The notes beneath the pieces were generated by a model. That model saw only the letters and a program-made list of their open reading frames with translations. It searched no databases and was not told the origin of the DNA. Positions 17,801 through 26,353 of a stretch of DNA of 64,000 nucleotides are shown here, in pieces. Every line of letters begins with the position of its first letter. The stretch's first letter is position 1. This DNA comes from Chloroflexota bacterium (GTDB taxonomy: Bacteria; Chloroflexota; Dehalococcoidia; DSTF01; RBG-16-68-14). Made by a program: the position numbers and the translations under genes. The stretch covers positions 16,508-80,507 of the forward strand of contig JADFPV010000001.1 of the NCBI GenBank assembly GCA_022562155.1. Direction: 5' to 3'.

Positions 17801-19029
17801 CCTCCAGATGTGTCTACAGTCTCGCTGTCTGCTGTTTCCCTACGCAAGGCCTGCTCGCCCAAGTACCAGATGCCGGCAGCCAGCATCAGAGTCAAAACGG
17901 CGAAGCCGCTCAGCACCAGGAACACGGAGTCGGTGCCCCAGCGGTCCGCGAAGAAGCCTGAGAAGCTGGCCGCGAACGATCCGATGCCGAAGGCTGCGAA
18001 GAACGAGACGCCGTAGCTACGGCCCAGCGCCTGGGGTGGTGTATAGTCGGCGATCAGCCCAGCGTAAATCGGCTGGCTGGAGAAGTTCGCGAATACAAAC
18101 AGCGAGGCGAAGAGCACCACCCAGATGCCGCTCGAAACGCCGATCAGCAGCAGCGTGGGCAGCAGCGCGAACGTTAACGGTATGGCCATGCGTTCAAGGC
18201 GGAAGCGCTCCGAAAGCGCTCCGCCGAAGAGCTGCCCAACCGCCCCGGCTAACAACGCCAGCGTTGTCAGCGAGCTGGCAAGCCACACCTCATCGAGACC
18301 GAACCAGGAAAGGCTGAGCGTGTTTTCGATGTGAACGGGCAGGAACGTCAGGCTGCCTCGATAGATGAAGCCGTTGAGTACGAACACACCGTAGACGAGC
18401 AGTAGGGGTAACGGCATGCGAAAACGGCGCGTTGCCGATCGGTCGGCCTCCTCGTTGGAAGCCGGCTCTTGGCTGGCTTCGGGACGGATGGTGACGAATC
18501 GCAGTGAGAGCGCTGCGAGCAGGCAGAGGAAGGCCATCAGCACATACGCCCAGCGCCAGCCGAACGCCTCCGCCATCCCGATCGTGATGATCGGCGCGGC
18601 CGCGATTCCGAGGTTGCCTGCCAGCCCGTGCCAGCCGAGCGCCAAGCCTCGCCGGGACGTTGCCTGCGCGATGAACGAGATGCCCGCCGGATGATAGAGC
18701 CCGATGCTCAGCCCCAGAAGACCGAGGAACAGGCCTAGCACCACAGTATTAGGCGACGTCGCGACCAGCAGCGCCGCGATCGCCGCCAGCGTGAACGCGA
18801 TCGTCAGCACGCGTTGCGTTCCGAGACGATCGACTAGGATTCCCGACGGCAGCGCGCTGAACCCGAACGTGAACGCGAATCCGTTCGCGATGATGCCCAG
18901 CACAAAGAGGCCCGCGCCGAACTCGCTGTCGATGCGCGACAGCAGCGCCGCGTAGCTGAACTCGACGGTGTGGATTAGCCCGTGCACCACGGAGATGTAC
19001 GCGACCATGCCCGATTGTTTAACCCGCAC
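17797..19029 (-). CDS. MFS transporter
   Basis: About 12 TM segments; GILVDRLG motif A; GLYHPAG. Confidence 0.9.
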   Translation of the reverse strand: MRVKQSGMVAYISVVHGLIHTVEFSYAALLSRIDSEFGAGLFVLGIIANGFAFTFGFSALPSGILVDRLGTQRVLTIAFTLAAIAALLVATSPNTVVLGLFLGLLGLSIGLYHPAGISFIAQATSRRGLALGWHGLAGNLGIAAAPIITIGMAEAFGWRWAYVLMAFLCLLAALSLRFVTIRPEASQEPASNEEADRSATRRFRMPLPLLLVYGVFVLNGFIYRGSLTFLPVHIENTLSLSWFGLDEVWLASSLTTLALLAGAVGQLFGGALSERFRLERMAIPLTFALLPTLLLIGVSSGIWVVLFASLFVFANFSSQPIYAGLIADYTPPQALGRSYGVSFFAAFGIGSFAASFSGFFADRWGTDSVFLVLSGFAVLTLMLAAGIWYLGEQALRRETADSETVDTSGG

Positions 19030-19183
19030 GCGGATGCCCCCGGCTACGATGATGGGATGTAGCTGACTATTGCGTGCGTCAGAAGTGGTGTCAACCTAAC
19101 CGCGAGTAGAGGAGCTTCACTCCTATGCTAGAATGGAGCCCCAAAACGCCTGGCTGGCAACACCTCACTACACAGGAGCGCAC

Positions 19184-19819
19184 GTGATCCTCTCAGACCG
19201 CGATATCCGCGCCGCACTCGAATCAGGCAAGATCAGGATCGATCCCAGCGATGGTCTGGAGGACCGCATCGGGCCGGATGGCATCGACCTGCGCCTCGCC
19301 ACTACGTTCCTCGTCTTCGAGCGCAACAAGCAGGCTTATATTGATCCCCGGAAGCCGGAGTCGGCCAAGGGCACGACGCGTCAGATCGACGTCAAGCCGG
19401 GCGAGCCGTTCATCATCCACCCTCATGAACTCGTGCTCGCATCGACGATCGAGCGGCTGACCATCAGCAACGATCTGCTCGGACGGTTGGAAGGCCGCAG
19501 CAGCTTGGGGCGCCTCGGCATTATCGTGCACAGCACCGCGAGCATTTTCCATCCGGGCTGGGACGGCACTGCCACCATGGAGCTGGGCAACCTGGGCGTG
19601 ATGCCAGTGGCGCTCTACCCCCGCATGCGCATCTGCATGTTCACGTTCGAGCGGATGTCGTCACCCGTCGAGAACCCGTACGGTTCGAAGCCAAACAAGT
19701 ACCAGGGCCAGACCGGTCCGCTGCCAAGCGGCGTCTGGGACGAGTTGGACGACGAGCTGGAGCAGGATGAGCTGCAGAAGGGCAAGCAGGCAGGTCTGTT
19801 CAGGGAAGGCGGCCAGTGA
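19184..19819 (+). CDS. dcd: dCTP deaminase
   Basis: GTG start after AGGAG; ILSDRDI, LEGRSSLGRLG, PGWDG, MELGN, KYQGQ. Confidence 0.92.
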   Translation: MILSDRDIRAALESGKIRIDPSDGLEDRIGPDGIDLRLATTFLVFERNKQAYIDPRKPESAKGTTRQIDVKPGEPFIIHPHELVLASTIERLTISNDLLGRLEGRSSLGRLGIIVHSTASIFHPGWDGTATMELGNLGVMPVALYPRMRICMFTFERMSSPVENPYGSKPNKYQGQTGPLPSGVWDELDDELEQDELQKGKQAGLFREGGQ

Positions 19820-20988
19820 GCGACCACAACACTAAAGAGGCGGGCAAGTTTATGTCGCGGGCGTTGGCGTTGGCCCGGGAAGTGCAGGGCCGTACGAGTC
19901 CGAACCCCGCTGTCGGCGCAGTTTTTGTGAAGGATGGTCGCATCGTCGGTGAGGGCGCGACCGAGAAGCCGGGCGAACGCCACGCCGAGATCGTCGCGCT
20001 GCAGGCGGCCGGTTCGGAGGCCAACGGCGCGACGCTCTACGTCACCCTGGAGCCCTGCTGCTACCAAGGGCGCACCGCGGCCTGTACGGAAGCCATCATC
20101 GCCGCCGGCGTTGCGGATGTGCACTTCTCGCACGAGGATCCGGACTCCCACGTTTCTGGCAGGGGGAAGGCGCAGCTCGCGGAATCCGGGATACCCGTGG
20201 TCGTGGGTGAGGGCGAGGACGAGGCCCGGCGCATCAACGAAGGCTATCTGATGCATCGCACACAGGGCCGCCCGTTCGTGATCGCGAAGTTCGCTACTAG
20301 CCTCGACGGCAAGATCGCCGCGACCAGCGGCGACTCTCGCTGGGTGAGCGGCCCGGAAACGCGCGCCTGGTCGCATGAGTTGCGAACGCGCATCGATGCC
20401 ATCGCTGTCGGCGTGAGCACGGTGTTGATAGACGACCCGCAGCTAACAGCCCGTCTTGCCCCTTCGGCAGGCTCAGGGCAGGCTCCTTCGGCAGGCTCAG
20501 GCCAGGCTCAGCTGGCCGAACATCAGCCGTTGCGCATTGTCATAGACTCCAAAGGCCGCACACCTAAGGACGCCAGCGTTCTCGGGTGCGGCACGCCAAC
20601 GCTGATCGCGACGACTCGCGCCTCGCCGGAGGCGTGGCGTGCTGAGATGACGCAGGCCGGCGCTCGCGTCGAAGTCCTGCCGGACGACGGCGCGGGTCGC
20701 GTCAGCCTGCCGGCGCTGGTGAAGCACCTTGGTGAGTCTGACGTGCTGACACTGTTAGTTGAGGGCGGTGGCGTTCTGCACGGTTCATTCTTCGACGAAG
20801 GCCTCGTCGACAAGGTACATGCCGTCGTCGCGCCGCTGATCGTTGGTGGCGACGCGCCATCAGCCGTCGTCGGCCGCGGCGCCGAGCGCATGGCGGACGC
20901 GCTTCGGCTGAACGACGTTAGCGTCGAGCGTCTCGGCGACGACTTCTTGATCACCGGATACACATCCGCACGGGCGATATCAACGTAA
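19816..20988 (+). CDS. ribD: Bifunctional diaminohydroxyphosphoribosylaminopyrimidine deaminase/reductase
   Basis: TSPNPAVGAV, HAE, VTLEPC, SLDGKIA, DDPQLTAR and VEGGG motifs. Confidence 0.95.
   Translation: MSDHNTKEAGKFMSRALALAREVQGRTSPNPAVGAVFVKDGRIVGEGATEKPGERHAEIVALQAAGSEANGATLYVTLEPCCYQGRTAACTEAIIAAGVADVHFSHEDPDSHVSGRGKAQLAESGIPVVVGEGEDEARRINEGYLMHRTQGRPFVIAKFATSLDGKIAATSGDSRWVSGPETRAWSHELRTRIDAIAVGVSTVLIDDPQLTARLAPSAGSGQAPSAGSGQAQLAEHQPLRIVIDSKGRTPKDASVLGCGTPTLIATTRASPEAWRAEMTQAGARVEVLPDDGAGRVSLPALVKHLGESDVLTLLVEGGGVLHGSFFDEGLVDKVHAVVAPLIVGGDAPSAVVGRGAERMADALRLNDVSVERLGDDFLITGYTSARAIST
20458..20511 (+). repeat. In-frame 24-bp tandem repeat inside ribD (APSAGSGQ x2 + AQ)
   Basis: gccccttcggcaggctcagggcag gctccttcggcaggctcaggccag gctcag. 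Confidence 0.9.
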
Positions 20989-20998
20989 GGAGACGGCA

Positions 20999-21850
20999 AT
21001 GCCATTCTTCTTCAGCATAGTTCCCGAATACAAGAGGCTAGTGCACTTCCGATTCGGCCGGTTGGTGGGCGCCAAGGGGCCTGGCTTTATCTTCCCCCTA
21101 TTCCCCATTATCGACCAAGTGGTGACGGTCGATCTGCGCGAGGATGTGCTCGACGTTGAGCCGCAGACGTGCATTACGAAGGACAACGCGCCCGTCTCGG
21201 TCGACATGCTTGTTTATCTGAAGGTGGTCGAGCCGATTGAGTCGGTGGTCCAGGTCGAGAACTACATGTGGGCCGCGCGCGGCATGGCGGTTACCACGCT
21301 TCGCGCTGTCGTTGGTGACATATCCCTTGATGACGTGCTCGCCAAGCGCGACCAGATCAACCAGACGATGCAGGTCAAGCTGGACCAAGTCACCGACCGC
21401 TGGGGCGTGAAGGTCATGGCCGTCGAGATCAAGGAGATTACGCCGCCGCGTGATATCCAGGAAGCGATGAGCCGCCAGATGTCCGCCGAGCGCAACCGGC
21501 GCGCGGCCGTTCTTGACGCCGATGGCCAGGCCGAGGCCGCCGTTAAGGTGGCGGAGGGAAACCGGGCAGCGGCCATCCTGAGCGCTGAAGGCGAGAAACG
21601 ATCGGCCATCCTCCACGCTGAAGGTGGGAAAGAGGCGGCCCTGCTGGAGGCGGAAGGTCTCGCTAGCGCGCTGGAGAAGATCCACGAGGTGGGTAAGGGG
21701 CTGGACCCGAACACCATGAGCCTCCAGTATCTCGAAGTGATGCGCGCTCTCGCCGACAGCGAATCAAGCAAGTGGCTGATCCCGACGGAGCTGACGCAGT
21801 TCATTTCGAGGTTCGCCGGCCAGGTTACGGACGGCCAGGCCCAGAACTAG
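20999..21850 (+). CDS. SPFH/stomatin (QmcA-like) protein
   Basis: RFGR, VDLRE, ITKDN, TTLRAVVG, WGVKV and QMSAER motifs. Confidence 0.92.
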   Translation: MPFFFSIVPEYKRLVHFRFGRLVGAKGPGFIFPLFPIIDQVVTVDLREDVLDVEPQTCITKDNAPVSVDMLVYLKVVEPIESVVQVENYMWAARGMAVTTLRAVVGDISLDDVLAKRDQINQTMQVKLDQVTDRWGVKVMAVEIKEITPPRDIQEAMSRQMSAERNRRAAVLDADGQAEAAVKVAEGNRAAAILSAEGEKRSAILHAEGGKEAALLEAEGLASALEKIHEVGKGLDPNTMSLQYLEVMRALADSESSKWLIPTELTQFISRFAGQVTDGQAQN

Positions 21851-21852
21851 GG

Positions 21853-21921
21853 ATGTTCACCGGCATCATCGAGGAGCTAGGTACCGTCCGCGAGGCGGAG
21901 GCCGGGCTGGCATCGTTGTGA
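21853..21921 (+). pseudogene. Truncated duplicate of the riboflavin synthase N-terminus
   Basis: MFTGIIEELGTVREAEAGLASL*; first 26 nt identical to 22950-22975. Confidence 0.85.
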
Positions 21922-21925
21922 GGCG

Positions 21926-22942
21926 GTGTCCGCTCCTCGGGCAGTAGGCGTGGCGGGCAATCGAGCGCCGCCTCGCAGCTTTGCGCGGTTGGTAGAGCGA
22001 CTCGAACCAGGAGGACGGCTAGTAGGAAGGCGCCGCCTGCGCGGCGGCGTCGGCGCGCGGATGGACGTGCTCGATATTGAGCGGGCGGGCGGTGCGCGGA
22101 GGAAGGTCACGCTGCGTCGCTTCCCGCGCGATAACCGTTCGTCGCAGCCGGAGCACGTCGCGCACGAGTACCACGTTCTTCAGCTCGTGGAGAAGGCCGG
22201 TATTCCAGCGCCAAGGCCGCTCCTGCTGGACGCGGAGGCAGAGCTGTTCGGCGTGCCTGCGATTGTCCTGACCTATCTGCCTGGCGCTCCTGTCTATCTG
22301 CCGCGCGACCTGTGGGCCTGGGCGGACCAGCTGGCGCGGGCGCTGCTCGCGATTCATGCAGTAACGTCGGATCGCTTCGACCTGTCGATCCTCAATATGC
22401 ACCTGCGGGATGGCGTGCGCCAGGAGCTCAAGAGGCGTTGGCCCTCCGCGAAAGAACACGGCGCGCTCGCGCGTTCGGTCCACGCGGCTCTCGTCGAAGA
22501 CATAGACCACGTCGACTGGCAGAAAGCGACCCTGGTGCACGACGATTTCTGGCCAGGCAACACGGTCTGGTATCGTGGCAAGCTCGCGGGCGTGGTCGAC
22601 TGGACGCACGCTGAGATCGGCGATCCACGCACCGACGTTTCGCAGTGCCGGATCGACCTGGCGATGATCCTCGATCTCGCGGCGGCGGAGGTCTTCCGCC
22701 AGGCCTACCAATCGAATGCGGCCATTCCCGTACCAGACATTTGGTACTTCGACCTCTTGCGCGGTCTGCGCGCGCTGTTGTCGTATGAGTTCTGGCTGCC
22801 TGGTTACCACGACGCCGGCCTCGCGCACGTTACCAAGCGTAGGGCGCGATCCAGGATCGAGGCGTTCTTGCGGGCGGCCCTTGAGGAGCGTAAGACGGTC
22901 CGGCGGGCCATGCCCAGGCGTAGGGCGAAGCGGCTACAATAG
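21926..22942 (+). CDS. Aminoglycoside phosphotransferase family protein
   Basis: IPAPRP, LVHDDFWPGN, VVDW and GDP motifs. Confidence 0.85.
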   Translation: MSAPRAVGVAGNRAPPRSFARLVERLEPGGRLVGRRRLRGGVGARMDVLDIERAGGARRKVTLRRFPRDNRSSQPEHVAHEYHVLQLVEKAGIPAPRPLLLDAEAELFGVPAIVLTYLPGAPVYLPRDLWAWADQLARALLAIHAVTSDRFDLSILNMHLRDGVRQELKRRWPSAKEHGALARSVHAALVEDIDHVDWQKATLVHDDFWPGNTVWYRGKLAGVVDWTHAEIGDPRTDVSQCRIDLAMILDLAAAEVFRQAYQSNAAIPVPDIWYFDLLRGLRALLSYEFWLPGYHDAGLAHVTKRRARSRIEAFLRAALEERKTVRRAMPRRRAKRLQ

Positions 22943-22949
22943 CAACGTC

Positions 22950-23546
22950 ATGTTCACCGGCATCATCGAGGAGCTCGGCGTCGTCCGCGAAGCGGAGGAG
23001 GGCAAGCTCGTCATCGATGCCAAGCTCGTGCGTGGCACCAACCTGGGAGACAGCATCGCCGTGAACGGCGTCGATCTGACAGTCGGGTTCCAGGACGAGA
23101 AGGGCTTCGCGGCGAACGTGATGCCTGAATCGTACCGGCGCACGAACCTGAGCGACCTTAAGCCGGGAGATCCCGTGAACCTTGAACGTTCCCTAACGCT
23201 TGCCGATCGCCTGAGCGGCCATCTCGTGCGTGGAGTAGTCGAGGCGACGGGCACGTTGGAGTCGCTGAGGCCGGAAGCTGGTGCGATCATTGCCCGCTAC
23301 AAAGCGCCGCCGGAGATCCTTCACTATGTCATCGTCAGGGGCCCGATTACGGTCGATGGCGCTAGTCTGACCGTGATCGAGAAGACGGATGATACCTTTG
23401 CTGTTTCGCTTGTCGAGTACACACAGGAGCACACGAATCACACTCGAAAAGCCCCTGGCGATAGGATAAACTTAGAGTCCGATATCATCGCCCGCTACGT
23501 CGGGCAGCTCCTCGAGGCCTCGCAAGGCGGCGGCCACGGCTTGTGA
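22950..23546 (+). CDS. ribE: Riboflavin synthase (alpha chain)
   Basis: MFTGIIEE N-terminus, GDSIAVNG, VNLER, GHLV, VDGASLT, NLESD. Confidence 0.95.
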   Translation: MFTGIIEELGVVREAEEGKLVIDAKLVRGTNLGDSIAVNGVDLTVGFQDEKGFAANVMPESYRRTNLSDLKPGDPVNLERSLTLADRLSGHLVRGVVEATGTLESLRPEAGAIIARYKAPPEILHYVIVRGPITVDGASLTVIEKTDDTFAVSLVEYTQEHTNHTRKAPGDRINLESDIIARYVGQLLEASQGGGHGL

Positions 23547-23591
23547 GGAGCATAGCAGCGCGACAAGAGCGGGCTGCCAGGGAGGGGGAAC

Positions 23592-24836
23592 ATGGCCAAG
23601 AGTAAGAAGGCTTCGACGCCAGTGCTGGCGACGATCGAAGAAGCGATCGAGGAGTACCGCCAGGGTCGCTTCGTCATCATCATTGACCACGAGGACCGCG
23701 AGAACGAAGGCGACCTGACGCTGCCGGCGCAGTTTGTCGATGCGGACGCCGTCAACTTCATGGCCAAGTACGGCCGCGGCCTGATCTGCATCTCGATGAC
23801 GTCCGAACGTATCGACAAGCTTGGCATTCCGATGATGGTTGGCCGCAACGATTCGCACTTCGGCACGGCGTTCACGGTCACAGTCGAAGCCCGTTCAGGC
23901 GTCAGCACCGGTATCTCTGCCGCCGACCGCGCCCGCACCGTGGAGGTGCTGATCGACCCGAGGACGCGTCCCGAGGACGTGGTCATGCCTGGCCACATGT
24001 TCCCGCTGCGCGCTCGCGACGGTGGCGTGCTGGTGCGTGCCGGCCAAACGGAAGCCGTGGTAGACCTCTGCCGCTTGGCCGGGCTCAACCCTGCCGGTGT
24101 CTGCTGCGAGATGATGAAGGCAGACGGCACCATGGCGCGGCTGCCGGACCTCAAGCGCTTTGCCACACGGCATAAGATGAAGATCATCAGCGTTGACCAG
24201 CTCATCGCGTATCGGAAGCAGAATGAGCGCTTGATCGAGCGGTCCGAGGAGACTGTGTTGCCCACCAAGTTTGGTGAGTGGAAGGCGTATGCGTACAAGA
24301 GCCCGATCGATGCCGATGAGCATGTCGCGCTTGTGATGGGGGACATCTCGGAGGGCGGGCCGGTCCTCGTCCGCGTCCACAGCCAGTGCCTCACTAGCGA
24401 CGTCTTTGGCAGCCAACGCTGCGACTGCGGTGAGCAACTCGAGATGGCGATGGGCATGATTGCTGAGGAAGGGCGAGGCGTCATCGTCTACATGCGTCAG
24501 GAGGGCCGTGGTATCGGCCTGCACAACAAGATGCGGGCCTACGCATTGCAGGACGAAGGCCTAGACACCGTCGAGGCGAATCAGGCGCTCGGTTTTCCGG
24601 CCGACCGCCGCGACTATGGCATCGGCATGCAGATCCTCGTTGATCTCGGTGTCACGGATATCCGTCTTCTCACCAACAACCCGACCAAACGGGCGGGCCT
24701 GGAAGGCTACGGGCTGAAAATCGTCGAGCGCGTACCGATCGAAGTCGAACCGAACGCGCACAACGTCCGCTACCTGGAAACCAAGCGCACGAAGCTGGGC
24801 CACCAGCTCAATTCGCACGAGGAAGGAAGCCTCTAG
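23592..24836 (+). CDS. ribBA: Bifunctional DHBP synthase / GTP cyclohydrolase II
   Basis: DRENEGDL, TGISAADR, VRVHSQCLTSDVFGSQRCDCG and QEGRGIGL motifs. Confidence 0.97.
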   Translation: MAKSKKASTPVLATIEEAIEEYRQGRFVIIIDHEDRENEGDLTLPAQFVDADAVNFMAKYGRGLICISMTSERIDKLGIPMMVGRNDSHFGTAFTVTVEARSGVSTGISAADRARTVEVLIDPRTRPEDVVMPGHMFPLRARDGGVLVRAGQTEAVVDLCRLAGLNPAGVCCEMMKADGTMARLPDLKRFATRHKMKIISVDQLIAYRKQNERLIERSEETVLPTKFGEWKAYAYKSPIDADEHVALVMGDISEGGPVLVRVHSQCLTSDVFGSQRCDCGEQLEMAMGMIAEEGRGVIVYMRQEGRGIGLHNKMRAYALQDEGLDTVEANQALGFPADRRDYGIGMQILVDLGVTDIRLLTNNPTKRAGLEGYGLKIVERVPIEVEPNAHNVRYLETKRTKLGHQLNSHEEGSL

Positions 24837-24844
24837 CGGGCGCA

Positions 24845-25315
24845 ATGGGCACGACCTATCAGGGCGATCTGGACGGAGCAGGGCTGCACATAGCCATCGC
24901 GGTGTCTCGCTTCAACGAACCCGTCACCTCAAGACTGCTCGAAGGCGCTCGCAAGGCGCTGGAGCGGCACGGTGTCGAAGACAAAAACGTTGCCGTCGCG
25001 TGGACGCCCGGGGCCTTCGAGCTGCCGCCGGTGGCTCGGGCCTTCGCGGAGTCGGGAGCGTATGATGCGGTTGTCTGCCTGGGAGCAGTGATCCGCGGCG
25101 AGACGTCCCATTTCGACTTCATTTCAGCCGAGACAGCGCGGGGGATCGGCCAAGTCTCCGCTGATACGGGTGTCCCTGTGATCTTCGGCGTTATCACGCC
25201 GAACACGCTGGAGCAGGCCCTTGATAGGGCGGGGGGCAAGGCCGACAAGGGGTATGATGCCGTTGTCAGCGCCATCGAGATGGCGAACCTGATGCGGAAG
25301 ATACGGCCTGAGTGA
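24845..25315 (+). CDS. ribH: 6,7-dimethyl-8-ribityllumazine synthase
   Basis: SRFN, PGAFELP, LGAVIRGETSHF and PVIFGV motifs. Confidence 0.97.
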   Translation: MGTTYQGDLDGAGLHIAIAVSRFNEPVTSRLLEGARKALERHGVEDKNVAVAWTPGAFELPPVARAFAESGAYDAVVCLGAVIRGETSHFDFISAETARGIGQVSADTGVPVIFGVITPNTLEQALDRAGGKADKGYDAVVSAIEMANLMRKIRPE

Positions 25316-25409
25316 CAGATCGTTCCAAGTTGCCCATAGGAAGATCGGTGGTATGCTAAAGGTCTGAGCATCCCTGCTCTCCTACCTGGCATTCTGAGGA
25401 GGTCCCGCT

Positions 25410-25835
25410 ATGACCCGCGCCGCTGAGCGCCCCACGGCCGTGGAACCTGAAGATGACATGACCGAGATGGACCAAGATGAGCTGTGGCAACATGGTGTCG
25501 AAGGCGAAGCGCCCGACAACGCGACGACCCAGGCACTCAATCTTGCTCATCGTGCAACGGAGAAGTTCCCCGAGCTGGCTAAGCGTTACAGGGCCTACGC
25601 CGGTCCTGCCGCTATCGTGTCCGGCGCGTTGATGGCACTGGCCGGTGTCGCCGTAGCGAGGCGGCTAAGGCGAGGCCAGCACCCAGATGAGATCCTCGAG
25701 CAAATCACGTCTGAGGAGATCGAACGCGCAGCCGGAGTCAGCAATCGCCAGAATCGCGTCTGGCGTATGGTGAAGCGCATCGCGCGACGCCGCTACGGTT
25801 CGAATAGCGAAACGACCACACCCTCGGACGAGTAG
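25410..25835 (+). CDS. Hypothetical single-pass membrane protein
   Basis: GAGGAGG RBS; one hydrophobic segment; TATGCT upstream. Confidence 0.65.
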   Translation: MTRAAERPTAVEPEDDMTEMDQDELWQHGVEGEAPDNATTQALNLAHRATEKFPELAKRYRAYAGPAAIVSGALMALAGVAVARRLRRGQHPDEILEQITSEEIERAAGVSNRQNRVWRMVKRIARRRYGSNSETTTPSDE

Positions 25836-25858
25836 TCGTCACGATAGTCCAGTAACCC

Positions 25859-26257
25859 ATGCCAAAGGAGCGCGAATCGCGCCTGCTGGCTCTTGGCGTT
25901 CGTCTGGGCATCAACGCGGCGGCACTGTGGCTTGCGGCTGAGTGGGTGAGCGGGTTCGATATCGATGGCTGGCCATCGCTGATCGCGGCGGCTGCCATCT
26001 TCGCGGCCGTGAACGCTGTTGTTAAGCCGATCGCCGACTTCGTCGGTCTGCCGGCGACGTGCCTGACCCTAGGTCTGTTTCACCTCGTCATCAACGCCGT
26101 GATGCTGGCACTCACAGCCTGGCTCGCCGGCCTGTTCGATTTCGACGTGGACATTGATGGCTTCGTGGCCGCTTTCCTGGCGGCCCTGATCGTAAGCGTC
26201 GTGAGTACTCTGCTTAGCGCATTCGTCGGACGTCCCATACGGTCGGCGTTGCGATAG
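25859..26257 (+). CDS. Phage holin family 4-TM protein (YvlD-like)
   Basis: INAAAL, VNAVVKP, LTLGLFHLVINA motifs. Confidence 0.85.
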   Translation: MPKERESRLLALGVRLGINAAALWLAAEWVSGFDIDGWPSLIAAAAIFAAVNAVVKPIADFVGLPATCLTLGLFHLVINAVMLALTAWLAGLFDFDVDIDGFVAAFLAALIVSVVSTLLSAFVGRPIRSALR

Positions 26258-26264
26258 CCTCAGG

Positions 26265-26309
26265 TTGACAGGGTGCGGCCCCGAATTTACAATTAGCACG
26301 CATATTCTA
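26265..26309 (+). promoter_or_regulatory. sigma70 promoter of dinB with adjacent degenerate LexA box
   Basis: TTGACA(26265)-17-TACAAT(26288); TAGCAC-GCAT-ATTCTA at 26294-26309 resembles AGAAC-N4-GTTCT. Confidence 0.7.
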
Positions 26310-26353
26310 TAGCGCGAACGAGGTTCGCCTGTACGCCCAATGAGGTCGGGCCT

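Noticed and set aside
19030..19183. FMN riboswitch ahead of dcd-rib
   Set aside because: No RFN consensus elements recognised; the region is short and holds divergent promoters
25859..26257. Holin-family gene as evidence of a prophage
   Set aside because: This family is commonly chromosomal, and no phage genes are nearby
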